A stretch of DNA of 49,664 bases from an uncultured Lautropia sp. (GCA_938046755.1 CALIXC010000260.1:1-49664), one strand, 5' to 3'. Positions 39,556-49,174 are shown, counted from the stretch's first letter. The notes: generated by a model not told the origin, from the letters alone. A program made the numbers and translations.

Positions 39556-42117
39556 TCACACCGGAATCATCACTCCCGCAGGCAGCAGTCCCTCGTCCTC
39601 ACGGCCGGCCAGTACGTCGCCCAGCGGGCGAACCGCGGCCAGGGCGCTACCCTGCACCAGGTCGATGCCCAGATCTTTCAGTGGCCGCAGGTCCAGCGGA
39701 TTGTTCACCTGATCCAGCAGGCATTCGATGCCCATGGATTCGCACAGCGCACGGATGGCGGTGATTTCGCGCTGGGCGTGCGTGTTGGTGGCCAGATCGG
39801 CAAAGCGGCGGCCGTCTAGACGGATATGGCGCACCGACAGCTGGGCCAGCATGTGGATCGGAATCTGGCTCGATTCCGAATCCGTCAGGTCGATGCCGGA
39901 ATGGACCGACATCAGGCGCAGATCCTTCAGGAAGGCCTGCGATCCTTCCGGATCGTAGATCAGCGATTGCGACGACAGCTCGATGCATAGCCGGCTGTTG
40001 ATGGCGGCGTTGCGTTCGTCGGCGGCACCCAGTAGGCGGATCAGGTTGCCGGTGAAGCCCGGCTCGGCCAGCGACAGCGGACTGAGGCGGAAGATCACCA
40101 CACCGTCCTCGGGTAGCGTGTTGCGCTGGGTGTTCAGCGTATGCAGGATCTGCGTGAGCAGCATCCGGTCCAGCATGCCGGAAGCACCCTGCTGGGCCGC
40201 GGCCTGTAGCAGGCGGTTGGGCAGTTGCAATTGCCCGTTGCTGGTCAGCAGACGTGGCAGCACCGTCAGCGACTGCACGGCGTCGCGGCGCAGTGAGGTG
40301 ACGGCCTGGCCATGCAGGCGGATCTGGGCCTCGGGCAGTTTCTGCCGCAGCTGGTGGCCGAACTGGCGCGAGGGATCAGCATCGGCCAGGGCCGGGCTGT
40401 CGGCCATCACCGCATAGGGGTGCGGTGCGCCTTCCTGTCGTGATAGCTGGCAGGCCAGCCGGGCCGATTCGATCAGCTGCTCGGCGTTCATGCCGCTCAC
40501 GCATTCCACCGCCCCGATCGAGACCTGCAGCGGGATCGACATGCCTCGATATTCCACCGGGGTGCGCGAGAGCATTGTCAGCAGCAGTGTGGCCTGGGAG
40601 CGGGTCAGTGTCAGCTCGTTGCCGGGCAGCACCAACAGGAACTGGTCGTCCCGCACGCGACCTACTGCAGCCGGTGGCGATATCTGCTTGCTCAGATGCT
40701 CGGCCACGGTGCGCAGCACGGCATCGCCGGCATCCCGCCCGAACACGTGGTTGATGTCGCCGAACTCCAGAATGTCGACGTACACGCAGCTGAGCGGGCT
40801 GCTGGCCCGCAGCTGCGAAAGCTGTTTGCCCAGGATCCGGCGTAGCCCTACCAGGTTGGGCAGGCCGGTCATGTCGTCGCGTTCGGCAATCTCCTGGAAG
40901 GTGGCGGCGCGCCGTGCGTGGGCCGTCACCTCGTGCATGCCGATCTCGAAGCCGCCGCCGTCGCGGATGCCGGCTTCCAGAACCCACACCCGTTCCTGAC
41001 CGGCGCGGCTCAGCGTCAGCTCGCTGTGGTGATGGCCGCTCTTGTTCAGGTCTGCCAGCAGCTGCTGGGATACCGACCCGCCCAGAAGTGCCGTGATGTG
41101 AGGCGCCGGCTGGCGGGCCAGGTCACCTCCGAAGGCATCGGCGGCACGCTGGTTCCAACGCTGCAGGGTGCCGTCGTTGTTGATGCTCAGCAGGGCCACG
41201 GGCGAGGTGTTGTAGATGCGATGCAGTGCGCGCGCCGCGGTATCCATCTGAACCAGGTTGGTCTTGAGCCGGTTCTCGCGCAGGGCGGCCTGCCTGAAGA
41301 AGCCGGCCATCCAGACCATCAGCCCCGTACCCGTCATCATCTGGAGCCAGGAGGTGTCCAGGAGCGGATATGCCCAGGTGCGCTGAACGAAGCCGATGTC
41401 CAGGACCAGCCCGCACAGCAGTGCTCCGGTGACGCCCAAGCGGCTTTCCAGACCTGGATGCTTGCGCAGCGTGACGACAATCTCGACCATCAGCATCACC
41501 AGCAGCAGGCCGGCAATGGCAGTGGCCAGCACGTGTGCCCAGCGTTCGGACAGGAACGGCAGCGCACAGCCCAGGACAATGGACAGCGGGGGCAGATAGC
41601 GGATGAGCCAGGTGTGTTCTCTCTTCCGGCTTGCCGTGCTCGAATTCTGGGGTGCGACATCCGCATGGGGGTTGATGAACATCCAGTGCAGCAGCCCGGT
41701 CACGGGCAGCAGAGCCAGTGACTGCACCAGCAGGATGGCCGTGTTCATCATTCCGTCGTGCTGGGGGGACAGGTTGCTCTCGCGCAGGGCCAGCATCAGC
41801 AGCGCCAGCACACAGAAGCTCCATGTGGTCAGCAGCGCGTGCCGGGACCACTTGGCCAGGGGTTTGAAGGTCAGGCCGGCGATTTGCACGGTAGAGATGC
41901 CCAAAGGTTCAGAGTGGGATGAGCCAGCATGCGCCGGCGCTCTCCGATCAGCCAGCGATGCGATGCCGGCTGGCTGACGATGGACGATGGCCGGTCGGGG
42001 CCCTGCGTTTTCCAAGTGTCGGTTTTCTGCATCGTTTAGTCGTTTGCAAGCAAGGGAAACGTGGCGCTGGGCCGGACGGGCGGTAGTATCCGGCTGGATC
42101 GGGTGAGGGCAGCGCAA
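39556..42117 (-). CDS. Membrane-bound PAS-GGDEF-EAL protein with both domains degenerate; start uncertain
   Basis: Multi-TM N-terminus, PAS (IYNTSP...WN), DDMTGLPN, FG.DAGD.VL. RDDQF at the GGDEF site, TVL at the EAL site, QG near the C-terminus. Confidence 0.82.
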   Translation of the reverse strand: MRCPHPIQPDTTARPAQRHVSLACKRLNDAENRHLENAGPRPAIVHRQPAGIASLADRRAPAHAGSSHSEPLGISTVQIAGLTFKPLAKWSRHALLTTWSFCVLALLMLALRESNLSPQHDGMMNTAILLVQSLALLPVTGLLHWMFINPHADVAPQNSSTASRKREHTWLIRYLPPLSIVLGCALPFLSERWAHVLATAIAGLLLVMLMVEIVVTLRKHPGLESRLGVTGALLCGLVLDIGFVQRTWAYPLLDTSWLQMMTGTGLMVWMAGFFRQAALRENRLKTNLVQMDTAARALHRIYNTSPVALLSINNDGTLQRWNQRAADAFGGDLARQPAPHITALLGGSVSQQLLADLNKSGHHHSELTLSRAGQERVWVLEAGIRDGGGFEIGMHEVTAHARRAATFQEIAERDDMTGLPNLVGLRRILGKQLSQLRASSPLSCVYVDILEFGDINHVFGRDAGDAVLRTVAEHLSKQISPPAAVGRVRDDQFLLVLPGNELTLTRSQATLLLTMLSRTPVEYRGMSIPLQVSIGAVECVSGMNAEQLIESARLACQLSRQEGAPHPYAVMADSPALADADPSRQFGHQLRQKLPEAQIRLHGQAVTSLRRDAVQSLTVLPRLLTSNGQLQLPNRLLQAAAQQGASGMLDRMLLTQILHTLNTQRNTLPEDGVVIFRLSPLSLAEPGFTGNLIRLLGAADERNAAINSRLCIELSSQSLIYDPEGSQAFLKDLRLMSVHSGIDLTDSESSQIPIHMLAQLSVRHIRLDGRRFADLATNTHAQREITAIRALCESMGIECLLDQVNNPLDLRPLKDLGIDLVQGSALAAVRPLGDVLAGREDEGLLPAGVMIPV

Positions 42118-42311
42118 GTGCCGGCCAGCGGGTCGTGGCGTCCGTCCAGCGCCCCGCGGTGCTCTGGCCGCAGGGGCTGCCCGTGCCAGGGGAGGGTGCG
42201 TCCAGGCCGTCTTCCCCGGGGTTTCGTTTATTGTTCTGATCGTTTCACGGGCACTTCATTGCCGCCGCTCTGGCGCGGGCCGGGAACTGTCACCGAGGAG
42301 AGGGGGTTCGC

Positions 42312-42764
42312 ATGGCCCAGACTGATGCCGCCAATGTCCCACAACCGCTGATCCTGCGGGACGATCACCGTACCGAGACGGGTATCGAGCCAGGGTGCTT
42401 CCTGACGGACTGGCTCAATGATCCGGGCGATCCGGACCTGTCGATTGCCCGCATCCGCGTGGCACCGGGTGCCGAGACCCGGCTGCGCCGCTTCGAGAAC
42501 ATCCAGGAACGCTACGTAGTGCTGGATGGCCAGGGGCGTATCGAACTGGTGGGGCCCAATCGGGCTTTTGCTGAGGGTGATCACACACTTTCTGCATTGG
42601 AACCGGGCGACGTGGTGGTGATTCCGGCCGGCTATTCACGCCGCATCACCAACATCGGTGATTTTGACCTGGTCTTCCTGGCCATCTGCACGCCGCGCTT
42701 CCGGCCTGCTGCCCTGCCGGATGTGCCGGCTCCCAGCGCCGCGCCGCCCAAGCCCGGTCCTTGA
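42312..42764 (+). CDS. Cupin-domain protein
   Basis: SIARIRVAPG, ERYVVLDGQG, PGDVVVIPAG, ITN.G, LVFLAICTPRF. Confidence 0.8.
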   Translation: MAQTDAANVPQPLILRDDHRTETGIEPGCFLTDWLNDPGDPDLSIARIRVAPGAETRLRRFENIQERYVVLDGQGRIELVGPNRAFAEGDHTLSALEPGDVVVIPAGYSRRITNIGDFDLVFLAICTPRFRPAALPDVPAPSAAPPKPGP

Positions 42765-42862
42765 CCCGGCCCTGCGCCCGGGTACCGAGAGCATCCACAA
42801 CGCCCGTCCTGGCAGTAACATCGCCGGTTTTCCACTGCCGGCCTGTGACGGGCCGCCTGCCC

Positions 42863-43735
42863 ATGCCCAACCTGCATACGCTTACTCAATACCTGTTGCC
42901 CAAGCAGGCGCTCACCCGGCTGGTCGGGGCTGGGGCCCGCTGTGAAGGCGGTGCGCTCACCCAGTGGGCTATCCGTCGCTTCATTCGGCGGTATCAGGTG
43001 AATATGCAGGAGGCCGTCGAGCCCGATCCGTCTGCCTACACCAGCTTCAATGCCTTCTTCACCCGGGCACTGCATCCGGATGCAAGGCAGCTGGCCAACA
43101 GCGATCTGATCTGCCCGGTGGATGGTGCTGTCAGCCAGCTGGGGAACATCGACGCTGGTCGCATCTTCCAGGCCAAGGGGCACGACTACACGGCCACGGC
43201 CCTGCTGGCCGGTGACAGCAAGCTGGCCGAGCACTTTGTCGACGGCCAGTTCGCCACCATCTACCTGAGCCCGCGCGACTATCACCGCATCCACATGCCC
43301 TGCGCAGGCCGCCTGCGACAGATGGTCTACGTGCCGGGCGACCTGTTCTCCGTCAGCCCGGCCACCGTGGCTGCCATTCCGGGTCTCTTTGCCCGCAACG
43401 AAAGGGTTGTCTGCGTCTTTGAGGCGCCGTGGGGGCCGTGGGTGCTGGTGCTGGTGGGCGCTGCCATCGTGGGCAGCATGGCCACCGTCTGGCACGGTAC
43501 CGTCAATCCGCCCCGACCTGGCCACATCCAGCGCTGGGACTATCCGGCGCAAGACGCTACGGATGGCGCACAGGCCACGGAAACCGCCATCTTTCTGGAC
43601 CGTGGGGCCGAGATGGGCCGCTTCATGCTGGGGTCCACCGTGGTGGTGCTCTTCCCCGCCGGGGCGCCCAAGCTCACTACGGCGTGGAGGCCTGGCCAGT
43701 CGGTGCGCATGGGCGAGCCGATGTCGCAGGCGTGA
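42863..43735 (+). CDS. psd: Phosphatidylserine decarboxylase proenzyme
   Basis: FNAFFTR, PVDG, YLSPRDYHRIHMP, RNER, LGST self-cleavage motif. ATG 42863. Confidence 0.93.
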   Translation: MPNLHTLTQYLLPKQALTRLVGAGARCEGGALTQWAIRRFIRRYQVNMQEAVEPDPSAYTSFNAFFTRALHPDARQLANSDLICPVDGAVSQLGNIDAGRIFQAKGHDYTATALLAGDSKLAEHFVDGQFATIYLSPRDYHRIHMPCAGRLRQMVYVPGDLFSVSPATVAAIPGLFARNERVVCVFEAPWGPWVLVLVGAAIVGSMATVWHGTVNPPRPGHIQRWDYPAQDATDGAQATETAIFLDRGAEMGRFMLGSTVVVLFPAGAPKLTTAWRPGQSVRMGEPMSQA

Positions 43736-43860
43736 GTCGGGATGCCGTGCAGTGACACGGTATTCGGCATGGGGGGGCTGGGGCGGTCCGGTCTGGCCGC
43801 GCAGTCTGTCGGGGTGTGGTAGCTTGCAGGGATCAAATCACTCAGGATAAGGACCCTGCC

Positions 43861-44214
43861 ATGACGTCTGCGGACACCATCACCATCTATCACAACCCCC
43901 GCTGCAGCACTTCCCGCAAGGTGCTGGATGCCATCCGCGCCGCCGGCCATGAGCCGGTGGTGGTGGACTACCTGAAGACCGGCTGGCAGCGTCCGCAGCT
44001 GACGGCGCTGCTCAAGGAAGCGGGCCTGACACCCCGCCAGGCGCTGCGCACCAAGCAGGAAGAGGCCAAGGCACTGCTGGCCGAGGAGGCCTCCGACGAG
44101 CGGATTCTGGACGCCATGCTGGAATTGCCCGTGCTGGTCGAGCGCCCCATCGTGCAGACGCCCAAGGGTGTGCGGCTGGTGCGTCCGCTGGAAAAGCTGG
44201 ACGAGATTCTCTGA
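43861..44214 (+). CDS. arsC: ArsC-family reductase (glutaredoxin type)
   Basis: YHNPRCSTSR, LVERPIV, RP. ATG 43861. Confidence 0.82.
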   Translation: MTSADTITIYHNPRCSTSRKVLDAIRAAGHEPVVVDYLKTGWQRPQLTALLKEAGLTPRQALRTKQEEAKALLAEEASDERILDAMLELPVLVERPIVQTPKGVRLVRPLEKLDEIL

Positions 44215-44325
44215 GCGCCTGGCGCGCATGCTGGGCGAGGCACCGGCCGGGGACGGAGATGCTCCCGCAGGCCGGGTGTGTGCCCGGTGCGGAAGACTGT
44301 CGATGCCGGCCTGTTCCTCAGTCGT

Positions 44326-45006
44326 TCACGGCTGGGGCTCGCCTGACCGCAGCGCCGTCAGCCGCCGTGTCAGCACGTTCAGCAGCACCCCATAGGCCGG
44401 CACGAACATCAGCGTGCAGATGACCAGCTTGAACAGATAGTCCACCAGCGCAATGTGCGGCCAGTTCTCGGCCATGAACGGGTCGGAGCTGGCGTGGAAC
44501 GCGATCGAGAAGAACAGTACCGTATCCAGGGCATTGCCGGCGAAGGTGGAGGCTGTGGGTGCCACCCACCATGCCTTCATCTGCCGCAGCCGGTTGAACA
44601 CGAAGATGTCCATCACCTGCCCGAACGCATAGGCGGCGAAGCTGGCCAGCGCAATGCGGAAGACAAGGGGCTGGAAATCGGTCAGGCTGCCCCAGCCGGT
44701 CCAGGTGCCGTCATGGAACAGCACCGAGATCACGTAGGACAGCAGCAGGGCCGGGAACATCACCCGGAAGATGATCCGGCGCGCCAGCCGCTGCCCGAAG
44801 ATCCGCACCGTCAGGTCGGTGGCCAGGAAGATGAACGGAAAGCTCAGCGCCCCCCAGGTGGAGTGCACGGCAAAACCGTTGGGCAGCGTGATGGTGAACG
44901 GGAACTGCACCAGGTAGTTGCTGGAGGCGATGACAGCAATGTGAAAGAGGACCAGCCACCGCAGGGCCTTGTGCTGCTGGGCCGGGGTGAAGGAGAAGTC
45001 GTTCAT
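44326..45006 (-). CDS. yhhQ: Queuosine precursor (preQ0/preQ1) transporter
   Basis: SNYLVQ, TWGA.SFPFIFLATDLTVR, RIALASF.AY..GQ, DT..FF, VDYLFK; adjacent to queF. Confidence 0.92.
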   Translation of the reverse strand: MNDFSFTPAQQHKALRWLVLFHIAVIASSNYLVQFPFTITLPNGFAVHSTWGALSFPFIFLATDLTVRIFGQRLARRIIFRVMFPALLLSYVISVLFHDGTWTGWGSLTDFQPLVFRIALASFAAYAFGQVMDIFVFNRLRQMKAWWVAPTASTFAGNALDTVLFFSIAFHASSDPFMAENWPHIALVDYLFKLVICTLMFVPAYGVLLNVLTRRLTALRSGEPQP

Positions 45007-45008
45007 GC

Positions 45009-45479
45009 TCAGGGGCGGTCGTAGGCAAACAGCCGCTCGCGCGCCAGCTGCTCGAAGGGGGTACCCGGCTGGCCGTGGTTGGCAAACGGATGGATGGCAA
45101 TGCCGCCGCGCGGCGTGAACTCGCCGAAGACCTCGATGTACTTGGGCTGCATCAGCTTGATCAGGTCCTTCATGATGACGTTGACGCAGTCCTCATGGAA
45201 GTCGCCATGGTTGCGGAAGCTGAACAGATAGAGCTTGAGCGACTTGCTCTCCACCATCTTCTGGCCGGGAATGTAGCGGATGACGATGGTGGCGAAGTCC
45301 GGCTGGCCGGTGATCGGGCACAGGCTGGTGAACTCCGGACAGACGAACTTCACGAAGTAGTCGTTGTCCGGGTGCTTATTGTCGAAGGCTTCCAGCACTT
45401 CCGGGGCGTAGTCGGACCGGTACTGGGTCTTCTGGCTGCCCAGGTGGGTGATGCCTTGCAGGTCTTCTGGGGTTCTCAT
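45009..45479 (-). CDS. queF: NADPH-dependent preQ0 reductase, type I (unimodular)
   Basis: [35 protein letters not shown]; 156 aa. Confidence 0.95.
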   Translation of the reverse strand: MRTPEDLQGITHLGSQKTQYRSDYAPEVLEAFDNKHPDNDYFVKFVCPEFTSLCPITGQPDFATIVIRYIPGQKMVESKSLKLYLFSFRNHGDFHEDCVNVIMKDLIKLMQPKYIEVFGEFTPRGGIAIHPFANHGQPGTPFEQLARERLFAYDRP

Positions 45480-45501
45480 GATCTTCTCGTGGGTCGTCTG
45501 G

Positions 45502-45867
45502 TCATTGATGTTCGGTATTGCTCCTGATCAGAGCCGGTTCCATGGCGTCATGGACCACCCGAAGGATGACCAGCGGTGATGTGCCTGACATGTACAGCAG
45601 TGTGTGCCGGGGTGAGTGGACGGCTTCCGTGGGCGATGGAATGTGGTGGCGACTCAGGCGCAGGTGCCATGAGCGGATATGGGTGCCCAGTTCTGGTCGG
45701 GGCTGGCTGCCTGCACGGCAAGGGTCGGAGGCCACGTCGCGCAGTGCGGTGCTCAGCAGCAGCTGGTAGCGCTGGCGGGCAGCCAGGCCGAAATGCCGCT
45801 CGCTCCAGACCAACAGGTTGCGGATGTCAGCCTGGGCTGCGCGGGTCAGCCGGTATTGTGGCTTCAA
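45502..45867 (-). CDS. Type II TA toxin, RelE/ParE family
   Basis: YRLT..A.AD...FG...[18 protein letters not shown] start overlaps the antitoxin stop. Confidence 0.85.
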   Translation of the reverse strand: MKPQYRLTRAAQADIRNLLVWSERHFGLAARQRYQLLLSTALRDVASDPCRAGSQPRPELGTHIRSWHLRLSRHHIPSPTEAVHSPRHTLLYMSGTSPLVILRVVHDAMEPALIRSNTEHQ

Positions 45868-46172
45868 TGGCCTGTCCGTCTGGCTGCTGAGTCTTGAAGG
45901 CTTGCGGATGCCGCATCGCCCAGGTCGGCGATGAAGGCGTCAAGTCCTGCATCATCGACATCCGTGTAGCGGCCGGCTGCCAGGTCGTCCATGCCTTCCT
46001 GAACGGCGCGCTTCAGCGCCTCCAGTTTCAAGGCCTGTTCCTGTTCCTGTCGTTCCACCAGCCGCAGGCCTTCGCGCAGTACCTCACTGGCATTCTGGTA
46101 ACGGCCGGACTGCACCAGTTCTTCCACGAAGTGGTGGTGATGTTCGCTGAGAACGACGTTTCGGGTGGGCAT
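45864..46172 (-). CDS. Type II TA antitoxin, ParD family
   Basis: MPTRNVVL...LVQSGRYQNASEVLREGLRL...L...VQEG.DD. ATG 46172. Confidence 0.88.
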   Translation of the reverse strand: MPTRNVVLSEHHHHFVEELVQSGRYQNASEVLREGLRLVERQEQEQALKLEALKRAVQEGMDDLAAGRYTDVDDAGLDAFIADLGDAASASLQDSAARRTGH

Positions 46173-46217
46173 GGGCGCAAGGGAAGTCCTGGACGGAACA
46201 CGACGGCATGCTACCAA

Positions 46218-46238
46218 CATTGGCATAATATGCCAATG
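46218..46238. promoter_or_regulatory. Palindromic operator, probably bound by ParD
   Basis: Perfect CATTGGCATA-A-TATGCCAATG about 45 bp upstream of the antitoxin ATG. Confidence 0.65.
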
Positions 46239-46359
46239 CTCGGGGTTTTGGTGTGTCTACCAGTGTTGTTGATGCCCGGCCCGGCAGGTCCCCGGCCTGT
46301 TTCCATGGCCCCATCGGAAACTGCGGGAACGCCTCCGTTTGCCGATAGAATCCACCCCC

Positions 46360-47967
46360 ATGACCACACAGCAAGACGAGGTGCGCCGCCGCCGCACCTT
46401 TGCCATCATCTCCCACCCCGACGCGGGCAAGACCACCCTCACCGAGAAGCTGCTGCTCTACGCAGGTGCCATCCAGATCGCGGGCAGCGTCAAGGCGCGC
46501 AAGGCGTCGCGCCATGCCACGTCCGACTGGATGGAGATCGAGAAGCAGCGCGGCATCTCGGTGGCCAGCTCGGTGATGCAGATGGAGTACCGCGACTGCG
46601 TCATCAACCTGCTGGACACCCCGGGCCACAAGGACTTCTCGGAAGACACCTATCGGGTGCTGACGGCCGTGGATGCCGCCCTGATGGTCATCGATGCCGC
46701 CAACGGCGTCGAGCCGCAGACGCTGCGCCTTCTGGAGGTGTGCCGGGCACGCAATACGCCCATCATCACCTTCATCAACAAGATGGACCGCGAGGTGCGC
46801 GAGCCGCTGGAGATCCTCGACGAGATCGAGAGCACGCTGGGCATGCCCACGGCGCCCTTCACCTGGCCGGTGGGCATGGGCAAGAACTTCGGCGGCGTCA
46901 TCGACCTGAAGAAGGAACAGATGCGCGTCTTCCGCGCCGGGCAGGACCGTGCCGGCGCCGAGGACGACGAGATTCTGGCCGGCCTGGACAATGACGAGGC
47001 CCGCAAGCGCTTCGGCATGTACTACGAGCAGGCCCAGGGCGAGATCGAGCTGGTCAGCGGTGCCTCCGAGCCCTTCGACCGTGACGCCTTCCTGGCCGGC
47101 AAGCAGACGCCAGTGTTCTTCGGTTCGGCCATCAACAACTTCGGCGTGCGCGAGGTGCTGGACGCGCTGGTGGATCTGGCGCCGCCGCCGGGGGCCCGGC
47201 CGGCCCTGCAGCGCACGGTCGATCCGTCGGAAGAGAAGTTCTCGGGCGTGGTGTTCAAGATCCAGGCCAACATGGATCCGGCCCACCGCGACCGCATTGC
47301 CTTCCTGCGCATCTCGTCCGGCCGCTTCGAGCGCGGCATGAAGCTGAAGGTGGTGCGCAGCGGCAAGGAGTTCCGCACCACCAACGTGATGTCCTTCCTG
47401 TCGCAGCGCCGCGAGCTGGTGGAGGACGCCTGGCCGGGCGACATCATCGGTCTGCCCAACCACGGCGTGCTGCAGCTGGGTGACACGCTGACCGAAGGCG
47501 AGGAGCTGCAGTTCACCGGGCTGCCCTTCTTTGCGCCCGAGCTCTTCCAGATTGTCGAGCTGGCTGACCCGATGAAGAGCAAGCAGCTGCGCACCGGCCT
47601 CACCCAGCTAGGCGAGGAAGGCGCCATTCAGGTCTTCCGACCGCATCTGGGCGGATCGCTGCTGCTGGGCGCCATCGGCCAGCTGCAGTTCGAGGTGGTG
47701 GCCCACCGGCTGAAGACCGAATATGGCGTGGAGACGCGCTTCCTGCCGGCCCGCTACCAGATGGCCCGCTGGGTCACCTCTGAAGATCCGAACGAGCTGA
47801 AGAAGTTCATCGAGGCCAACGCTGCCCGCATTGCCTGGGACACGGTCGAAGCCCCCACCTTCATGGTGACCTACCGCAGCGACCTGACGGTGGCCGAGGA
47901 GCGCTGGAAGAAGATTCGCTTCCACGCCATGCGTGAGCACGCGGGGCTGGTGTTTCAGTCGGCGTGA
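46360..47967 (+). CDS. prfC: Peptide chain release factor 3
   Basis: RRRTFAIISHPDAGKTT, SDWMEIEKQRGISV, DTPGH, NKMD, HRDRIAF, EEGAIQ. ATG 46360. Confidence 0.97.
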   Translation: MTTQQDEVRRRRTFAIISHPDAGKTTLTEKLLLYAGAIQIAGSVKARKASRHATSDWMEIEKQRGISVASSVMQMEYRDCVINLLDTPGHKDFSEDTYRVLTAVDAALMVIDAANGVEPQTLRLLEVCRARNTPIITFINKMDREVREPLEILDEIESTLGMPTAPFTWPVGMGKNFGGVIDLKKEQMRVFRAGQDRAGAEDDEILAGLDNDEARKRFGMYYEQAQGEIELVSGASEPFDRDAFLAGKQTPVFFGSAINNFGVREVLDALVDLAPPPGARPALQRTVDPSEEKFSGVVFKIQANMDPAHRDRIAFLRISSGRFERGMKLKVVRSGKEFRTTNVMSFLSQRRELVEDAWPGDIIGLPNHGVLQLGDTLTEGEELQFTGLPFFAPELFQIVELADPMKSKQLRTGLTQLGEEGAIQVFRPHLGGSLLLGAIGQLQFEVVAHRLKTEYGVETRFLPARYQMARWVTSEDPNELKKFIEANAARIAWDTVEAPTFMVTYRSDLTVAEERWKKIRFHAMREHAGLVFQSA

Positions 47968-47971
47968 GGGT
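47906..47971 (+). repeat. Direct repeat copy 1 (attL-like), 3' end of prfC
   Basis: 64/66 identical to 49594-49659. Confidence 0.95.
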
Positions 47972-48129
47972 GGTATCGAGACACTGCCTGATGGTGAGCC
48001 TCAAGATCAGGCCCATCTCAGGCAGGCAGCATTGAGGGCTTCATCGGGCTTCTGGCCGGCCAGACAGACCAGATCGCTACACTGGATAAGACAAACAATG
48101 CCATTGAGGAAGGCTGGTCTGGAATGAAG
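47972..48129 (+). pseudogene. Probable relic of an AbrB/MazE-type (VapB-like) antitoxin C-terminus
   Basis: Start-less frame from 48025 reads GSIEGFIGLLAGQTDQIATLDKTNNAIEEGWSG, preceded by frameshifted IETLPDGE. Resemblance is recalled from memory, not searched. Confidence 0.45.
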
Positions 48130-48197
48130 GCTTGCCTAGGGGGCATAATATCCGGTAGCTACAGTTCAGGTAGCAGCAGCTATCGGGAAGCGGGGCA

Positions 48198-49160
48198 TCA
48201 GCACCAAGCCTTCATATTTTCCCAGTCTTCTGGAAAGCCCATGGCTTCCTGATGAGGCCGGTGAGCTTCATGATAGTGCTGAGGGCCCGCTTGGATATGT
48301 TCCTTTAGCCGACGGCGCCAACTACTCTTCGGGCTGACGTGGCGCATCATGTGTGCTATGACTAGCAGGTAGTTGTAGATCTGTTTGGCTGCCTGCCTCT
48401 GTTGCGATCCGTCTTCTTTCGTGATGAGCTCAGTGACCATCTGTTGGTTAAGGCGCTTGATGATGGGTAGTGACAGCGTGAGCTGGCGGTTCCATAGGCG
48501 TCCATGGTGTGCGCAGATGTTTCTGACGGGGGTCAGTGCGTGTAGAACCTTCTGGGTGATATCGACGCTGGGCATGCCAAGGTCTTGAGATACGGCACTC
48601 TTGGCCGAATTGTCCTTGGTGGCCTCAAACCATCTTGATAGTGAGCCAAAGCTCAATGTCTCCACCACCGCCCAGATGGGCGGTAGGAAAGGATCGTCAT
48701 AGTGGTCCAGGTAATGTTTTATGAAGGTCTCTCGACTGCCTTTCAGTTCCCTGGCCATGCGCGCGATGTCGCTGGCATGATCCCATGGGCTGTTGAACAG
48801 GCTGGCTTGAAGATGGGCATGAGACCCGTGGCGCATGGCGAGTGCATGGGCCCAGTGTGTCCGTACCGAGATTTCGATGCGCTCGATGGCCTCCATGACC
48901 AGCAGTCGCAGCTTACGGTCAAAGATGTACAGGGAGAGGACCTGATCGAACGTCGTTCCCGGCTGAAACTGATGCAGGCGGGACTGGCCGGTTTGGCAGC
49001 AGGGCTCGAAAGGTAGCCAGTAGGCGCTGAGGCGGTAGTAGCCTATGTTGGTCAGGTAGCGCTTTGCCCGGGCAGCGTCATCGATACGCATGCCGCGATC
49101 TTGAAGCCTCTTGATCTGCTCGTCGATCGAGAGAGGTTGCTTGTTATAGCGGCAGCGCAT
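48198..49160 (-). CDS. Abi-family (AbiF/AbiD, Abi_2) HEPN ribonuclease
   Basis: K.PLS..EQ...L..RG, IGYYRLSAY, LY.FDRKLR, IERIEISVR, PIW...E..SFG.LS, HEPN RxxxxH motif RNICAH, MGFP..W. Confidence 0.92.
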   Translation of the reverse strand: MRCRYNKQPLSIDEQIKRLQDRGMRIDDAARAKRYLTNIGYYRLSAYWLPFEPCCQTGQSRLHQFQPGTTFDQVLSLYIFDRKLRLLVMEAIERIEISVRTHWAHALAMRHGSHAHLQASLFNSPWDHASDIARMARELKGSRETFIKHYLDHYDDPFLPPIWAVVETLSFGSLSRWFEATKDNSAKSAVSQDLGMPSVDITQKVLHALTPVRNICAHHGRLWNRQLTLSLPIIKRLNQQMVTELITKEDGSQQRQAAKQIYNYLLVIAHMMRHVSPKSSWRRRLKEHIQAGPQHYHEAHRPHQEAMGFPEDWENMKAWC

Positions 49161-49174
49161 ATTTCCTACGCTAC

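Noticed and set aside
43861..44214. Arsenic resistance operon
   Set aside because: Lone ArsC-family gene with no arsR, arsB or acr3.
45480..45501. preQ1 riboswitch upstream of queF
   Set aside because: The gap is only 22 bp with no matching stem or A-rich tail; none recognised upstream of parD either.
46339..46420. SXT/R391-type ICE at the prfC 5' end
   Set aside because: The 5' end is not duplicated, and there are no integrase or conjugation genes.
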